In this document: piece after piece, positions 63,564 to 64,000 of the stretch
Layout: every line of letters begins with the position of its first letter
How positions within the stretch are numbered: the stretch's first letter is position 1
Assembly: GCA_001643675.2 (NCBI GenBank)
Contig: LSRY02000030.1
Coordinates: 1,054,001-1,118,000, forward strand
DNA: 64,000 bases
DNA from: Monocercomonoides exilis PA203
Lineage: Eukaryota; Protista; Preaxostyla
Direction: 5' to 3'
Notes under the pieces: generated by a model
The model's input: the letters and a program-made list of their open reading frames with translations, nothing else
What the model was told of the DNA's origin: nothing
Database searches by the model: none
Made by a program: the position numbers and the translations under genes

Positions 63564-64000
63564 TTAAACATTCACAAAATAATCAGAAATATTCAATGAC
63601 AATCTAAAATGATCATATTTGAAGCTAATTGAAATTACTCCATGAAAGCTTGCAACGATATCTTCGTATCCTTCTTCTTCCATCCTTTCAAATATCTTCC
63701 TTTTTGCTGTTTTTCTTTTCATTTCTTCCATTTCATCTTTATTCTTTTCTTTCAATCTTTCTGAAATATTCGAAAAGAAAAACAAATATTCTCTCGTCAT
63801 AGTGTGATTTAATGTTTGCTGTTGAAGTTCTTCCAAAACAGCAACAACAGCTCCACCTTTCAGTAAGGCATCAATCTTCACAGCTCTGTTTTTCGCTGAA
63901 ATTCTCAATAAATTAATGCACCAGTTGTTAATCCTCTCATTATTCTCCTTTGCTGCCCGATAAATCTGAACAATACAACCAACGAGCATGGTAAATTCTT
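63564..64000 (-). CDS. 3' end of a second member of the same helical family (truncated by the window)
   Basis: IVQIYRAAKEN...LLKGGAV...EEEGYEDIV...ISDYFVNV aligns with the C-terminus of 60514-61257. Confidence 0.75.
   Translation of the reverse strand, partial: EFTMLVGCIVQIYRAAKENNERINNWCINLLRISAKNRAVKIDALLKGGAVVAVLEELQQQTLNHTMTREYLFFFSNISERLKEKNKDEMEEMKRKTAKRKIFERMEEEGYEDIVASFHGVISISFKYDHFRLSLNISDYFVNV

Overview
AT-rich eukaryotic (protist) genomic DNA with short GT-AG introns and the standard code. The gene families and low-complexity style strongly resemble the oxymonad Monocercomonoides (inference). 1-22 kb is gene-dense: a receptor-like TKL pseudokinase, a WASP-like actin nucleator, CCT5, NKAP, a GHSMG lipase, a divergent double-AAA ATPase and a membrane-anchored MoCo-sulfurase-like protein. 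22-52 kb is a mobile-element and pseudogene zone. Its highlight is a ~5.3-5.5 kb virus/linear-plasmid-like element (23179-28471). It has 1.43-kb near-perfect terminal inverted repeats (TIRs), each carrying an 83-aa basic ORF, an iteron-like motif array and fold-back/twin-hairpin termini. These enclose one decayed AEP primase-polymerase + SF3 (D5/NrS-1-like) helicase gene, with no integrase, capsid or target-site duplication (TSD). The zone also holds a pogo-type DDE relic, several MITE families (some nested), a MULE-like relic and an intronless 31-aa tandem-repeat protein. 52-64 kb holds a kinesin-14, a secreted Pro/Gln-rich protein and two members of an expanded helical-protein family. Exon boundaries were read by eye and some are approximate.
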